Shown piece after piece: positions 23,824 through 36,800 of a stretch of DNA of 49,324 nt. Each line of letters begins with the position of its first letter. The first letter of the stretch is position 1. The notes under the pieces are model-generated. The model did not search any database, had not been told where the DNA came from, and saw only the letters and a program-made list of their open reading frames with translations. Made by a program: the position numbers and the translations under genes. Location: assembly GCA_000388065.2 (NCBI GenBank), contig KB932203.1; one strand, 5' to 3'. This DNA comes from Fonticula alba ATCC 38817. Its lineage: Eukaryota; Protista; Nucleariida.

Positions 23824-25316
23824 ATGTGGGGCGCGGATGGGAGGGAAAATGCGCGGCCAGTTGCTCAGAGGGGGCGGCAGGGGACCAGGGTGTGAGGGGG
23901 AAGGAGAGTGTGTGCGTGTGGAGGAGAGTGCTCTGCTACTGCGATGAAGGCAGGGGAAGAGGAGGGGGGGGGTACGCGGGAGAGGAGGGAGGAATGGTNN
24001 NNNNNNNNNNNNNGGGGGGGGGGAGAAGCGGAGCAGGCTCTCGAGAAAGAAATGTGCCCGACCCCTGGAGAGGATTTATCCCCCGCTGGCCGGGCTTTTA
24101 GACCTGCCCCCCCCCCGCCCCCTTCAGGGGGGAGGAAGCAGGGAACGGGGCCACCTTGACTGCCCGCCAGCCCCGCCCCTCGAGCCGGACGGAGGGAGAG
24201 CGGGAGAATGCGAGAAAGAGAACCAGCGACAAGGGGCCCGCAGTTTGTTCTCGATCGGCTGGCCGGCCGGCCGGTCCACTGGGAGTTGGTCATTTCACGA
24301 TCGGCCGCATGCCACCCGAGTCCCGCGCCGTCCTTGCAGGTGGCGGTGTTTTGTTTTTTGTTTTCCCGCACAGATACGTGACATGCCCCCTCCCCCCCCC
24401 GGACAGGGATGACGGCTTTACTTGATGCTCTCTATTCTCAAGGTCAAAGGATTGCGCGCACGCGCGCGCGCGTCATTGTAGCGGCACATGCACTCATTCC
24501 TCGCCGCCCCCCCCCCCCNNNNNNNNNNNNNNNNNNNNNNNNNNNNNNNNNNNNNNNNNNNNNNNNNNNNNNNNNNNNNNNNNNNNNNNNNNNNNNNNNN
24601 NNNNNNNNNNNNNNNNNNNNNNNNNNNNNNNNNNNNNNNNNNNNNNNNNNNNNNNNNNNNNNNNNNNNNNNNNNNNNNNNNNNNNNNNNNNNNNNNNNNN
24701 NNNNNNNNNNNNNNNNNNNNNNNNNNNNNNNNNNNNNNNNNNNNNNNNNNNNNNNNNNNNNNNNNNNNNNNNNNNNNNNNNNNNNNNNNNNNNNNNNNNN
24801 NNNNNNNNNNNNNNNNNNNNNNNNNNNNNNNNNNNNNNNNNNNNNNNNNNNNNNNNNNNNNNNNNNNNNNNNNNNNNNNNNNNNNNNNNNNNNNNNNNNN
24901 NNNNNNNNNNNNNNNNNNNNNNNNNNNNNNNNNNNNNNNNNNNNNNNNNNNNNNNNNNNNNNNNNNNNNNNNNNNNNNNNNNNNNNNNNNNNNNNNNNNN
25001 NNNNNNNNNNNNNNNNNNNNNNNNNNNNNNNNNNNNNNNNNNNNNNNNNNNNNNNNNNNNNNNNNNNNNNNNNNNNNNNNNNNNNNNNNGGGGGGAGGTG
25101 TCAGAGAAGTCCGGCATATGTGCCGCTGGACTGGGCCTGCCCCTCCTTCGCTGCCAGGTTGGCGGCATCCGGAGAGGCTCGCCTCCCGGGGAAGGGGCCG
25201 AGCCTGGCCCTGCCGTGCTAGCAAACACGGAGAAAAGGAAAGAACGAAAGAAAGAAAGAGGGCCCCCAAGCCGACAACACACAACATGCCGGCGGAGCAA
25301 CATTTACCGAACGTAC

Positions 25317-27284
25317 AGTCTGCTGGATGCCCAGGCCACGGGACAGGATCCGATCGCACCAGGAGGGCGTCCGCTCGGAGCCGATGTCGTACGAGTGTGT
25401 GCCCTTGACCAGCTTGTAGGTGGGCGGGAAGCGGATGCGTGCTTCATTGAAGACACGCAGCGCATTGCGCGGCTGGTGCGCCCGGAACTGGTCGCGATTC
25501 AGCATGGCCGCCAGGGCGTTGAGGCTGCCCCCGCGTTGCAGGGCCTGCCATGCCTCGGCCGGGGTCATGTCCACCCGGTAGTTGAGATCCCCGAAGAAGA
25601 AGCAGAACTCATGGTCCAGCGCCCGGGACCCATCGCCGCCATTGATGAAGGCCACCCGGTCGGCCTCGCGTCTGGCCGAGGGGAACTGCGTGGACTTCAG
25701 GATGGCGGCCGCATCGGAGTCCCGGTCCTTGGAGCGTGTTTGCCCGGCAGCCAGGTGACAGTTCAGGAAGCAGAAGGACGAGTCCAGCACCCGCAGGCGG
25801 ACGCCGACCGAGCCCTACGCGCGCGCGCGCGCGTCACACACGAGGGACCACACAGAGGGATGTCAGTCTGCCACTTTGAGGAGGAGGAGGAGGGGAGGAG
25901 GAGGAGGAGGAAGAGAAGAAGGAGGAGGGGAGAGAAGTCGCAGCGCAGCGACAGCAACGGCGGCGACGGCCGCAACAGCGGCCGCGATGGCAGCAGGGCC
26001 GCACATGCCGCGGGCGTACCTTGTTCCCGGCCTTGCCGCCGAGGCCGGTCTTGGTGGAGTCCACGGCGACACTGCGCACAAGGGGGCCAATCTTGTCGGC
26101 CGCAAAGACGAAAATCATCAGACCGATCATGGCCTTGGAGTCGACGCATGTGAAGTAGCGGTTGGGATGCGCATAGCGTAGCGCGCCGCTGATGGCTGGA
26201 CGGCGTGACGCCCAGGACGCGTGGGGTTAGCGGGTCCGCTGGCCGGTGGTGGGCATGGCCGAAAGACGACGGGGCAGATGGGGAAGCTGAACACGCACTG
26301 TGATGCCAGTTGGACAGGGCCTGCTCCGAGCGGACATCCTTCAAGAATTGCTTGGCATTCTTCCGGTTCAAGTCCAGCTCCACCACCTCTTGCAGACCGA
26401 TGACCAGGAGGTCCGGCACATCGCCGGGCGCCGAGGCCGGGGGGGCGGACCCGGCCGCGCGCCGGAACCGCCCGCTTGGGCCCCCTCGCCGGAAGGCATC
26501 ACATCCGGGGAAGAACATGCGCGCCAGATTGACCGGGCCAATGCTGAAGGGTGACGTGCCGGACACATTCCAGCTGAACACACCGACATGGGCGTCGGTG
26601 TACTGGCAATACAATGCCTCCTGGGCCTTGAGCGACAGGAGGATCGAGTCCGCTCGCAGGAGACTGTCCCAAAAGCGGATGCGGCCATTCTCCGCCAAGC
26701 TGGCCGCCGTCGACAGGAGCGAACTCTGGGGCAGGACAATCTGCAAGACCGGGGACTTATGCGCCCTGGGGTTATCACAGCAAAGGGGGCCGGAGCCGGA
26801 GCAGGGTCCATGGCGAGGGAAGGGGAGGAGGAGGAGGCAAGAGAGAGAGAGAGAGAGCGAGAGAGAGGGAGGGAGGTGGTGCTGAGGGTCAGTCAAAAGA
26901 CAAAGGTAGCCCCGCCGGGTAGCCAGCCCTCCATCGGGACCATGTTGCCGGTGCGGGCTGGCCGAAACGCACTTCCACTCCTTGGCACAATTCCAGTTGT
27001 CCGACGCATCGAGGATGGCAATCTTCCCGCTGCCGAAGCCCACCCACAGGAGCGGCGAGTCGGTGATCGCCGACAGCGAGGTGACCGGCTCGCCCATCGT
27101 GATGAAGTTGAACAGGTCGAAAACATGCGACCCAGAGGCGACCAGCGCCCCGTGCACCGACCCGGGCCGGGCAGATGAGCCGCCGGCACCGGCGCCGGCA
27201 CCGGGCGACGTGACCGCGCTCAGGCCATACGGGCGCTTTCGCCAGATTACTGTGGCAGGGCCCGCCGCCCCCGCCCAGAGAGAT

Positions 27285-27317
<33 letters not shown>

Positions 27318-30300
27318 CCGGGGCAAGCGAAAGGTAAGTCGGCCGGAGTGAAAGGGGAGCATGACAATTGGGCAGGGAAGCCCATGGCAAGAGGGGAGCA
27401 GACACATGAGGATGCACATACGGATTCGTCCATCCTGGTGCCCGGTGCACACGTATTCCCCATTCATGAGGGCTGCCACGCCGGTGATGGTGCTGGCCCC
27501 GGAGGACGAGGCTTCCAGAGCGGCACGCTTGGCCGCCCCGCCGCTGGGCACATTGCTGGCGCTCTCGGCACCGGAATCACTCACCGGGCCGCCGGAGCCC
27601 GTCCGCATGGCCGAGGCCACCGACATGGAACGATGGTGCCGACCAGGGCCCAGCGCCTCGGCCGGCACCTCATCCCCACCGAGGAGCGAATCCTCGGCGG
27701 CGGCAGACTCCGCAGCAGCAGCGACAGCCGCACGCGCCGCCGCGTGGAACACCCCATCGGTGTCCAGCGACTGGCAGCGACGGGAATTGAAGTTGGAGAA
27801 GACCCACGCACGATGGCGCTTGGCAAGCCAAAGGGCCGATGGCTCGTACACGGACACATTGGCCTCCTGGCCGCCGGCCGCTCGGACTGGCACCTCGCCG
27901 ATCAGCTGCGGCGGAATGAAGACCGATTGCGTGGCGCGCGTCACCCCAAGGTGGACATACTCCACGGTGAACTGGTCAAAGAAGCCGCCCAGCAGCGAGG
28001 CATGTGACACCGGGGTGGCCGGCTGTCGCATCGGGGCGGAAGGGGTCCGGGCAGGCGAACCGTCGGGCCGGCCAGGGCACAGGCGGCAACAGGCGGAAAA
28101 GGGAAGAAAGACAGGGAGAAGGGGAGCGAATGAAGGGACGTGAGTCGGTGCGACAGGGCGGCGGAGCGCCCCGGGGCGTCAGCGCGGAAGCGAGGGGCGC
28201 CACGCACCTTGGAGTTGAAGATGGTCACCGCGCCATCGGCCGACAGGGCCACCACCCGCGGGGGAATGTATTGTCCGGTGTCGGAGGACACGCCGAGCGG
28301 GGTGCCTGGATCGAAAAAGAGGGCCACCAGCTCGATCGACGTGCTGTCGGTCGAGAGCTCGACCCCACCGGCGGCGTCCGGGCCGCCCGGGATGGGCGAG
28401 GGCTGCTGTGGGCCAGCCGGGCCGCCGGACCCAGGCTCGGCCGTCGGCAGGACGGGCCGCACGGCATCTGGCGTGGACAGGAAGGCAGCGGTCGGGGCTG
28501 TGGGGAGGGAGGTTAGGGAGGATGGAGAGCGGAAGGAAGGGGGATAGGCGAGGGATTTGGCGCATGACCATGCGTGTGTATGGTATGGGTGCATGGCGCG
28601 ACAGAGGCAGGCGACAAGTGATGGTGCAAGATAAATACACGCTCGCGGCGGGGGGAAAGAAGAGAAAGTGCCGCGGGGCACGACTTGGGGCTACCGGAGC
28701 CCGGACGCACCGATCGAAGTATGGGCATCGGATGGGGCCGGGGCGTGGCCATCGACTTGCGCATCGCCAGCCCCGGACCCTGGCCGCCGCCAAGTGGCCA
28801 GCAGGACCCCGGTGGCGATGTTGAAGACCAGCAGACTGCCATCCGAGCAGCCGGCCCACACAATCGTACCCTTGATGTCAAACGGGCAGAAGACTGGGCC
28901 ACCGCAACCAGACCGCCCCAGGCAGGCAAGAGGAAGGTGAGGAGAGAAGCGGGGGGGGGAGGAGAGGAGGAAAGAAGAGGGAGAGGGAGAGGGAGGGAGG
29001 GAGAGAGATACGACAGGCAGAGGGCAAGGAGGACACAAACGAGGGACACGCACTGAGCGAGTTGACCTTCGAGGTCTCCAACTCGAAGCACCCGGTCTTC
29101 AAGCACTCGCCGGACTTCATGGACCAGGACCGGATGCCGGAGCTGCCAGTCAGCACGACCCCGTCACCGACGATGAAAGACCGGACACTGGTCCGCGCGC
29201 GGAACTTCTTCACATACACCGAGCTCGGGTAGAGCGGCGGCTGGTAATTGCACCGGGCGTAATCCGGGATAATGCCGGCCGGAGGGGCAACTGTGGCCGC
29301 CCCGGCGGCGGCCACATTGGCAGTAGCGGCAGCAGCAGCAGCAGCAGCAACACCAGTTGTGGCAATGGCCGCAGGTGCTTCCTTCCGGGGATGCTGCACA
29401 TGGTGCGCGTGCTGATGCTGTGCCGATGCCGGCACGGAAGCGAGTGGCACCGGCAGCTCGAGATCCTTGCCCACGGCCGAAGGCGCCCCAGCGATGGACG
29501 TGCCCAGTTGGGCACGCGCCCCGATCGGAAGGAAGGCCCCGCCCGAGGTCCCGGGCAGCGAGGGGCGCCGGAGGGAGCGCGAGATGCGCGCCAATCCGGC
29601 CAAGGTCTCGGAGCTGGGAGAGCCAGCGTGTGACTGCCGGGGGAGGGGCAGCTGCCCGGGGGGGCCGCCGGCTGGCGGGGCAATGCCGATGGCACTGGCG
29701 CGCAGATTTTCCATCCCAAGCAGGGGATTGCTCAGGTCGCCGAGGTGGTCCAGCATGTCGGGAGAGACGCTGTCCGGCGGATGGCCCCGTGTAAGTAAGT
29801 AAAGCCCACGCACCATACGACGTGCGGGATGCGCAGATGGGAGCGGAAAGGGGGGGGGCGGAGAAAGAGAACGAGAGAGAGAGAGAGAAGCAGACAGGCA
29901 GGGAGGGGGGTAGAAAGAAAGAACTTCCAAGGGAAAGGCACATACCCCTCCTCCATCATGTACCACGCCTCCGGGCCGAGGATGGCCAGCTCGTCCTGCA
30001 TGGCCATCACCGTGTCCAGGAGCCGTGGCCGGGGCACCGGTGCCCCGGCCGGCAGAGCGGGCCCGCCCTCAGGCCCCTGCCGGGAGGTGGAATCGGCTAA
30101 CGCGACGAGGCGAAGGGCCGCGCGGAGGAAGCCAGAGCCGGAGGACAAGGGAAGCAGACACAATAAAAGGGGTTAGGCCTGAGGTGTGAGAAAAAAACAC
30201 ACACAAAAAGGGAGGGAGAAAAGGGCAAGCGGAAGGCGGTGAACGACGCACCGAGGCTCGCCGAGGAGGCGGAGGCGAACGGCTCGGCCGCCGGCGCGAG

Positions 30301-32245
30301 GGCATTTTGCTGCTCGGCCGCTCGGCGCAGCTGGACATATCGCTCGAAGGAGCCACCGGCCCCGGCGGCAAGATCAGCCAGCGAGGGGCCGCTCTCGATC
30401 GAGCCGCCCGAAGAGGCCGCCGTGGTGGCGGCCATGCTGGCGGTGGTCGGAGTGCTGGGGGTGTCGCTCGCGCCGTCGGCCGGATCCTCGACGCCATCGA
30501 GCGCCAACGCCGGCGGCGACAGCAGCAGCACCGATGGCGGACTCGCCGGAGAGGCGGTGCCCATGGCCATCAGCCCAGGGCTGGAGGCCACATGTAGCGG
30601 CCGGTAGGCGGCGCCGGCGGCGTGCGGGCTGCCGATGCTGGCCGGTGGCGGGGTGCTCATCATCGCCCGGGGGCTGGCCGGCAAGGCCGACATGGCCGGA
30701 CTGCCATCCGGCCCGGGGGTGGAGACGGCCGTGATGCCGGGCGACCCGCTGGCAGCAGGCCCGGCCAGGGTGGCCGTGATGACCGGCTGCAGGCCGAAGG
30801 TGCCGGACCGGAGCCGGCCACGCTGGGGAGTCTCGCTTTGGCTCATGAGGCGGCTATAGTGCGAGGGGGGCGGCCGGGCGGGCAGGGCCCCGGCCGGGTC
30901 ATCGGCCTGGCCGGACCCGCTGGCAGCAGGCCCGGCCAGGGTGGCCGTGATGACCGGCTGCAGGCCGAAGGTGCCGGACCGGAGCCGGCCACGCTGGGGA
31001 GTCTCGCTTTGGCTCATGAGGCGGCTATAGTGCGAGGGGGGCGGCCGGGCGGGCAGGGCCCCGGCCGGGTCATCGGCCTGGCCGGTGGCCGCGGCATCGG
31101 CCTCCGTCAGCTGCCGAAGGAGTTGGGCCACCTCCTCCGAGGAGGTGGCCGCCCCTCCGGTCCCGGTCGAGTGGAGGGAGTCGGTCGAGCGAGAGGCCGA
31201 CGGCGAGAGAGCCATGAAAGACCGGCGCCCGGCCGGCGAGGGGGACCCAGCGGACAGCGGGGCCGACGGGCTCGGGGCCATGCCAAGGGGGAGCACCAGC
31301 CCGGGGCGCGGCGGGCCGAGTGGCGTGTCGCTGGTCACCGGCGAGGGGGTGCCGGCCATGTCGCCAACCGGCGACGTGGCCATTGTCCCTGCCAGCGACC
31401 CACCGAGGTGGTCGCCGCCAAGGAGAATCTCCGGCGGCAGGTGCGTTGTCGAGGAGGGCCCTCGCCCGGAGGGGGCACTCAGGTCACTGGAGGAGGCTGC
31501 CAGCGAGCCGGAGCTACCGTACTGCATGGAAATCACTCGACTCAGGCGGCGTCGGAGTGCTTGGCTGCGCACGCGGCCGAGCCCGGGGAAGGGGACATTG
31601 CCATCAGCAGCGGCAGAGGGTGGGCCAAATGCCGGCAGGCGGAGCAGCCAAAGGAACAAGAAGAGGGACGGCAAGAAGAGGGACAAAGCCCCGGCGAGAG
31701 GGCACGCACCTGGTGCTCAGGCTGCCGGCCTGCGACCCGGCCGTCAAGTCACTCAAGCTGCCGAAGGAGGGCTCCAAGCGCGGCCCGGGCGAATCCGGCT
31801 GCAACAGACTCGGCAAGTGGGAGGCCGATGCCGAACCACCAACATCGCACCGTGGGATGGGCATTGACGAGGCGGCGGCCGTGGCCGTGGCCGTGGCCGT
31901 GGCCGCAGCCGCGGTGGCCATCATCGGTGACACCGGTCTCGGCGAGGGGGTAGTCTCACTGGCTGCCTCGTCGTCGGAAGGGTCCGGCGTGGCCTGCTCA
32001 TCACCCTTGTCGGCATCGGCCGTCGAAAGCAGCGTGACTGAGGCCCGGCATGGGGGGTCGACGACAATCGTGGGAACCACCGGGCTGGCGGACACGGCCG
32101 GAGCGATCGGCAAGTCGATTTGGATGGTGACGGTGCTGCTGGTGATGATGGGGCCACCGATGACCGAGGGAAGCCGCGGCCTGGCTCCGATGGGGGAGGG
32201 GACTTGGGACCGGGGGATGCCACCGACGGCGCCAGGAGTGGTAGT

Positions 32246-32277
<32 letters not shown>

Positions 32278-32458
32278 TGCCGCCGCCGTCGCTGCCGGTG
32301 CCGCCATTACCACTGCCACCACCACCGCCATCCCCAAAGTTGCCGCTGTCACTGGTGCCGTCCATGTCGAGCCAGCGCTGGCGCAGGGCGTGGAAGGAGG
32401 CCCGGTTGGCATCCGGCGCGGCGGAGGAGCTGGCTTCGGGGGGGCACATGGTGCTCAT
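25317..32458 (-). CDS. Inositol polyphosphate 5-phosphatase with WD40-like beta-propeller and long low-complexity N-terminus; last exon(s) probably in the gap 24519-25089
   Basis: Catalytic motifs VFSWNVSG, PDLLVIGLQEVVEL, MIGLMIFVF, TGLGGKAGNK|GSVGVR, CFLNCHLAAG, FFFGDLNYRVD, FPPTYK, RTPSWCDRIL. WD-like units VLTGSSGIRSW, VWAGCSDGSLLVFN, VCTGHQDGRIR, LWVGFGSGKIAILD, AHKSPV..ENGRIRFWD. Checked junctions: 31710/31564, 30252/30096, 29946/29769, 26020/25814. The usual SDH.PV end motif is not visible. The start codon is a guess. Confidence 0.9.
30743..31085 (-). repeat. Perfect in-frame 171-bp (57 aa) tandem duplication
   Basis: 30743-30913 is identical to 30914-31084, encoding GQADDPAGALPARPPPSHYSRLMSQSETPQRGRLRSGTFGLQPVITATLAGPAASGS twice. 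Confidence 0.95.
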
Positions 32459-33803
32459 CGGCGCGTGGCCGAGTGCGGGAGGAGGGAGGAACCGAACCGC
32501 GGGGCGAGTGGCGTCGGCAACGTTGATGCGTTGGTGGCCGCGCGGCTCTCGGCCAGACGGGACACGGGTGGGGGATACGTGGCGACGGGGCGAGAAGAGA
32601 GAGAGAGAGAGAGGGGGGGGGGCGGAAGCAATCGCAGTGGCTGGGGCGGAGGGGAGCAGAAGAGGAGGCGGAAGGCGGGAGGCGGAAGGGGAGGGGGGGG
32701 GAGAGGAGAGATGCCTGTGCCCCTCTTTCGCGAGGGGGGACCGGGGGGCTGGCCGCTTTTTCGTGCCCGTGATGGGGGGAAGTCCCCACCACGGGGGGAG
32801 GGTGGGACGCCCGGAGGCGGGCGACGAGGGGTAAGGCGATTGGCGGGCGCCCGTTCGCGACCGGCGCTGCCAACCATCTTGGACTCCGGGCAGATGGGGA
32901 GAGCGAGAGAGAGCGAGAGAGAGAGAGAGAGAGAGAGAGAGGAAGAGGAAGAGGTGGGCGGATAAACCGCTGCTGCCGCCGCCGCCGCCGCCACGACCAC
33001 CGTTCCCCCGCCCCTGTTGGACAGCCGATCGGCCACACAGGCCCGGGCCGCCGAGGCGCGCAGGGAGGGGGGCTGAGCAAGATCCACCGCGCCCGGCTCG
33101 GCTCCCCGGGCTCGCTTGCCAGGAGCGGCCAGAAAAAAAAAGCGCCGCACAGCCGAGGAATGCATTGGCCGCCGGACCGTGGGGGAAGCGGGGACAGGAA
33201 GGGGGGGACTCATGGGGCACACGGCCCCCCCCCCTCCCCCGTGTACCTCCTCGATTCGCTAATGTGCTGGCTGGGCCTCAATCGCCAGCCGCAGGGCGAA
33301 AGTGGGCAGATCTTCCGCGTCCATGGCACCCAGGCCTGGGCTTGGGCGGCATGGAGGGGGGGGAGGGGTGGGGGTGGGCGGAGGACGGCTCCTCGCCCCG
33401 CCCCCGGACCCCGGGCCCCCAGGAGAGGGGGGCAGCAAAAGGGGGAGACTGGCCCCGGCCCCGGTCCCCCGGCCTGTGTGGCCCCCCCCCTTTCCCGTCC
33501 CCCCACCGAGGGCCGACCAAGACGGACCCGGTGTGTCGGGGCTGGGGCGCGGAGGGCGGGGGGGGGGCGGCTCTTCAGGGGTGGATGCCCGGCGGCAGCT
33601 GGGCGCATGTCCAGCCGCTCCGTCGCGCCCTCCCCCCCCCCCCCCTTGGGCTGCTGTTGGTCCGAAGCAGGGGGTGGGGGCTGGTTGTTTCTTTTGGCCT
33701 GGCTTTCTGGGTGGGAGGAAGCCCGGACCGGCGGCCCTGGGCTTGACTCGGCCCCGCCCACACGGGGCCCGGGGTGCCCGCATTACCCCGCCTGCGTGGA
33801 GGC

Positions 33804-33896
33804 TATGCGTACGTACGTACGTACATGTGCATGCGTGTGTACGTGCGTACGTACATGTGCATGCGTGTGTACGTGCGTGCGTGCGCGCGTGTGCGT
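33804..33896. repeat. 93-bp alternating purine-pyrimidine tract with a 30-bp period
   Basis: TATGCGTACGTACGTACGTACATGTGCATGCGTGTGTACGTGCGTACG...; two near-identical 30-mers. Confidence 0.9.
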
Positions 33897-36800
33897 CTGG
33901 GGGGGGGGGGAGCCCTGAACCGCCGGCCGCCAGCGAGATCCACGCACGGATGGCCCTCCTCTCGCGGCTCGGCTGGGGATGTGTCCAGTAGATGCCCAAA
34001 TCGGGGGCTCTGTGGGTGGGGCATTCGGCCGGGGCTGTGCCGGCGCAAACGAAGAGGCCCCCTCACCCGAGGAGCAGGAGGGGGCGCGAGGAATAAACAA
34101 ACCGCCTGCCCGGGAGGCGGGGGGAAGGGTCTTTCTCGGAAAAGAAGCGCGCCCTCCCCGGCCAGTAGCGACGGCGGCACCGCTCCACTAAAGAAGAAAC
34201 CCGCCCCGCCGCACGTCCACACCGCCCCAGCGAGGGTGCGCCCGAAAGGGGGGGCCGGGGGCCGGGCCAGGCGCAAGACCGCTGGTGAGTGCACCAGGGG
34301 GGTGCCAGCGCCCTAAAGGCCAGCGGCTGCCCAGAGGGGGGTGCCCAGGCGGAAGGGCGGCCGAGGGCCGGCAAATTCCTGCCCGTGGCTCTGGCCTCCT
34401 GCGCGCATCAACACCGCCAGGAGCGTGCCGGGGGGGGGGGGAGGGGGGGAGCGGGGGCCGGGCCGGGCCGACCTGGTCCCGGAGCCCCTCTCCAAGCGAT
34501 AATGGCGGAATTCCCTTTTTGCTACCCTTCCCCCGCCGGCGGCGGGGGGGGGGGGGGGGGCATACACATGTATGTGCACGCCGCCCGCGCCCGCCCAGGC
34601 ACGTCCCCAAAAAGGGCAGGCCAAGGCCGGGCGCGCACACAGCCACGCTTCTAGGCGTATGCCCCCGCCCACCAAGGAGCGGGGTGCAAGGCTTGCGCGA
34701 TTAAGTGTCCCCTTCGCGGATCTCGCCCCCCGCCGAGGCGACCCCCCTCTGCCCGCCCGCCCGCCCTGCACAAACCCGCGGACGGAGTGTAGGGGGGAGG
34801 GGGGGGGGGGCTGGTGTCGCGCGCCGCCGGCAAAAGCGCCGCACCATCCGCCCAGGGATCTATTGCCAACGCTCGCACCCTCTTCCTCCCGGCGATCGGC
34901 CCCCCCCCCTCCGGCCGGGGAGCGGCCTCCTTCGGCCTGTTCGTACATGCCCAGCATCCGCGGCCACGGATGCGCTGGCTCTGGCAGCGTGCGTTCTTTT
35001 GCCGGGGGGGGGGGGGGGGGACTGCCTTCGCCCGTTCCCCCCCACCCCCTCACTGCGCCCCTGCGCCCCCTTCGTATCCCTCACCTCGCCCCCTTTCCCT
35101 CTCTGTATGAGCTTCTACGCGCCTCGCCGGCAGGAAGGATGCCACGACAGTGCCGGGGTGCCAAGAATCGAGCTGGTGCTATTAACTCGCTGCCACACAG
35201 TTACAGGAGACCGAGCTGCTGGGCGCAGTTTCGTCAGGGCCCTCTCTCCCGGGTTAGGCCCACGTCAAGTGGGTGAAAATGGCCGAGGACATACTGGAAA
35301 TCTAGCGGCCGTTGGCGACCTCCGGATGGATGGGGAGGGGGGGGCGCCCTGTTGTCTGTGCCCGGGAGAATCGGCCACCCGGCCGACGCACATGGGGCCC
35401 GGGTGGGTAATAAAAGGAGAGAAAGGCACGGATTAGAAAAAGGCCGATCGAGCGGAAGCCCGAGAGAGCAGGTGTCCGCAGTACGAGGAGACCAGCACTA
35501 CTTCTCGGCCATGCTCTTCAATGCACAACTGCTGGATGGCTTTCGCGGCCCAGAGGCAGCTCGGGGAAGCCCCCCCCCCCCCCCTCCAGACCTCCGGGCT
35601 CGGCCAAGGGGTAGATCTGAAAACCCTGCGGCCGTGTGTCCGCCCGCTTGGGTATCGCCGTCCTTCGTCGGGCACGCGCATTGCCCAATCCCGGCGGCCA
35701 GTGGTGGGGGGCTCTTGTCTTATCCGGCATTCCTCCTCTTTGAATGGTGTTCGGCGACATACCCATCTCACGTGCGTTTATCGGAGGCTATGTAACCCAT
35801 TCCGTAACTCGACGCGCTGTTTGGGTTTCTCTTCGGGAGGGAGGATCTCATGACCACCGTGGGCCTGTGGGACTCGTCAGAGAACTTGGCGGGCCGCGGG
35901 TGGCGGCACTTTCCCAGACACTTGCCGCTGCCTGTGAAGGAAGCCCATCCTGGGCGGCGGCGGCGGCGGCGGCGATCAGCTTTGCGGACAAGGAACATTT
36001 GTTCTAGCGCACTGATCGCGTTCGTGACCCCCCTACCTGGCGGTGGTGGCCGGTCGGGGTGTGCATGGCACGCGCGCATGCTGAGCTGGTTGAGTGGGGG
36101 GGGGGGGGGAGCCCTGGCGCGCATGCCGGGGTGGGCGTGAGTCCACACGCCCGAGGGTGGGGGGGGAGAGGAACTGCCCCGCCACGGGGATCTTCCAGGG
36201 GGCCGATCGTTCCCAGCTTCGCTGGACACTCTCGGCCCGGGCCTTTCCAGCATGCATGCGCAGGTACACCGAGGAGGGGAAATGCGTGCGCGATTGTGAA
36301 CTACGCACGGAAAGACCTGGAGGCCGTGTGTGGACACGAAAACCCGACGATGGGGCTGCCCTAGCACCCATACACCATAGGACAGGCACGGCCGGGTCTG
36401 GCCGCCGCCTCGCGAAGCGCGCCATCCGTTCTGGGACATTTTGGCCGAGGCCTGCTCAGCTTCGCCCCCCCCCCCGGCTGGCTCGGGGGGCCTCCCATCG
36501 TCGGGTCCCAGGGCGGCAGACGGTCCCCCGGCGAACCCTTCTCGCCTTGAGGAGCATTTTCCGGGAAACGATGAGAGCACGCGCCCGGCGGTGGCGCGCC
36601 TAGTGCGCATGTGCCCGCCCCCGGAGGGGATGGGGGGCAAAGCGGCCGGCGGGCAGGCAAAGCAAGAGGTGCCTGTTTCCCTGAAGCAGAGCGGCATGGG
36701 GGCGGCGGAATATCAAGGACCGAGGGACAAAGAGTGGCCGGGCACATTCTCACGGAGGGCGCCCTCCCTCCCTGCCCCTCCCTGGCGCGTGGCTGTCCAG

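Noticed and set aside
35744-36007. 87-aa ORF MVFGDIPISRAFIGGYV..
   Set aside because: No motif and no supporting splice structure; it cannot be distinguished from a chance ORF.
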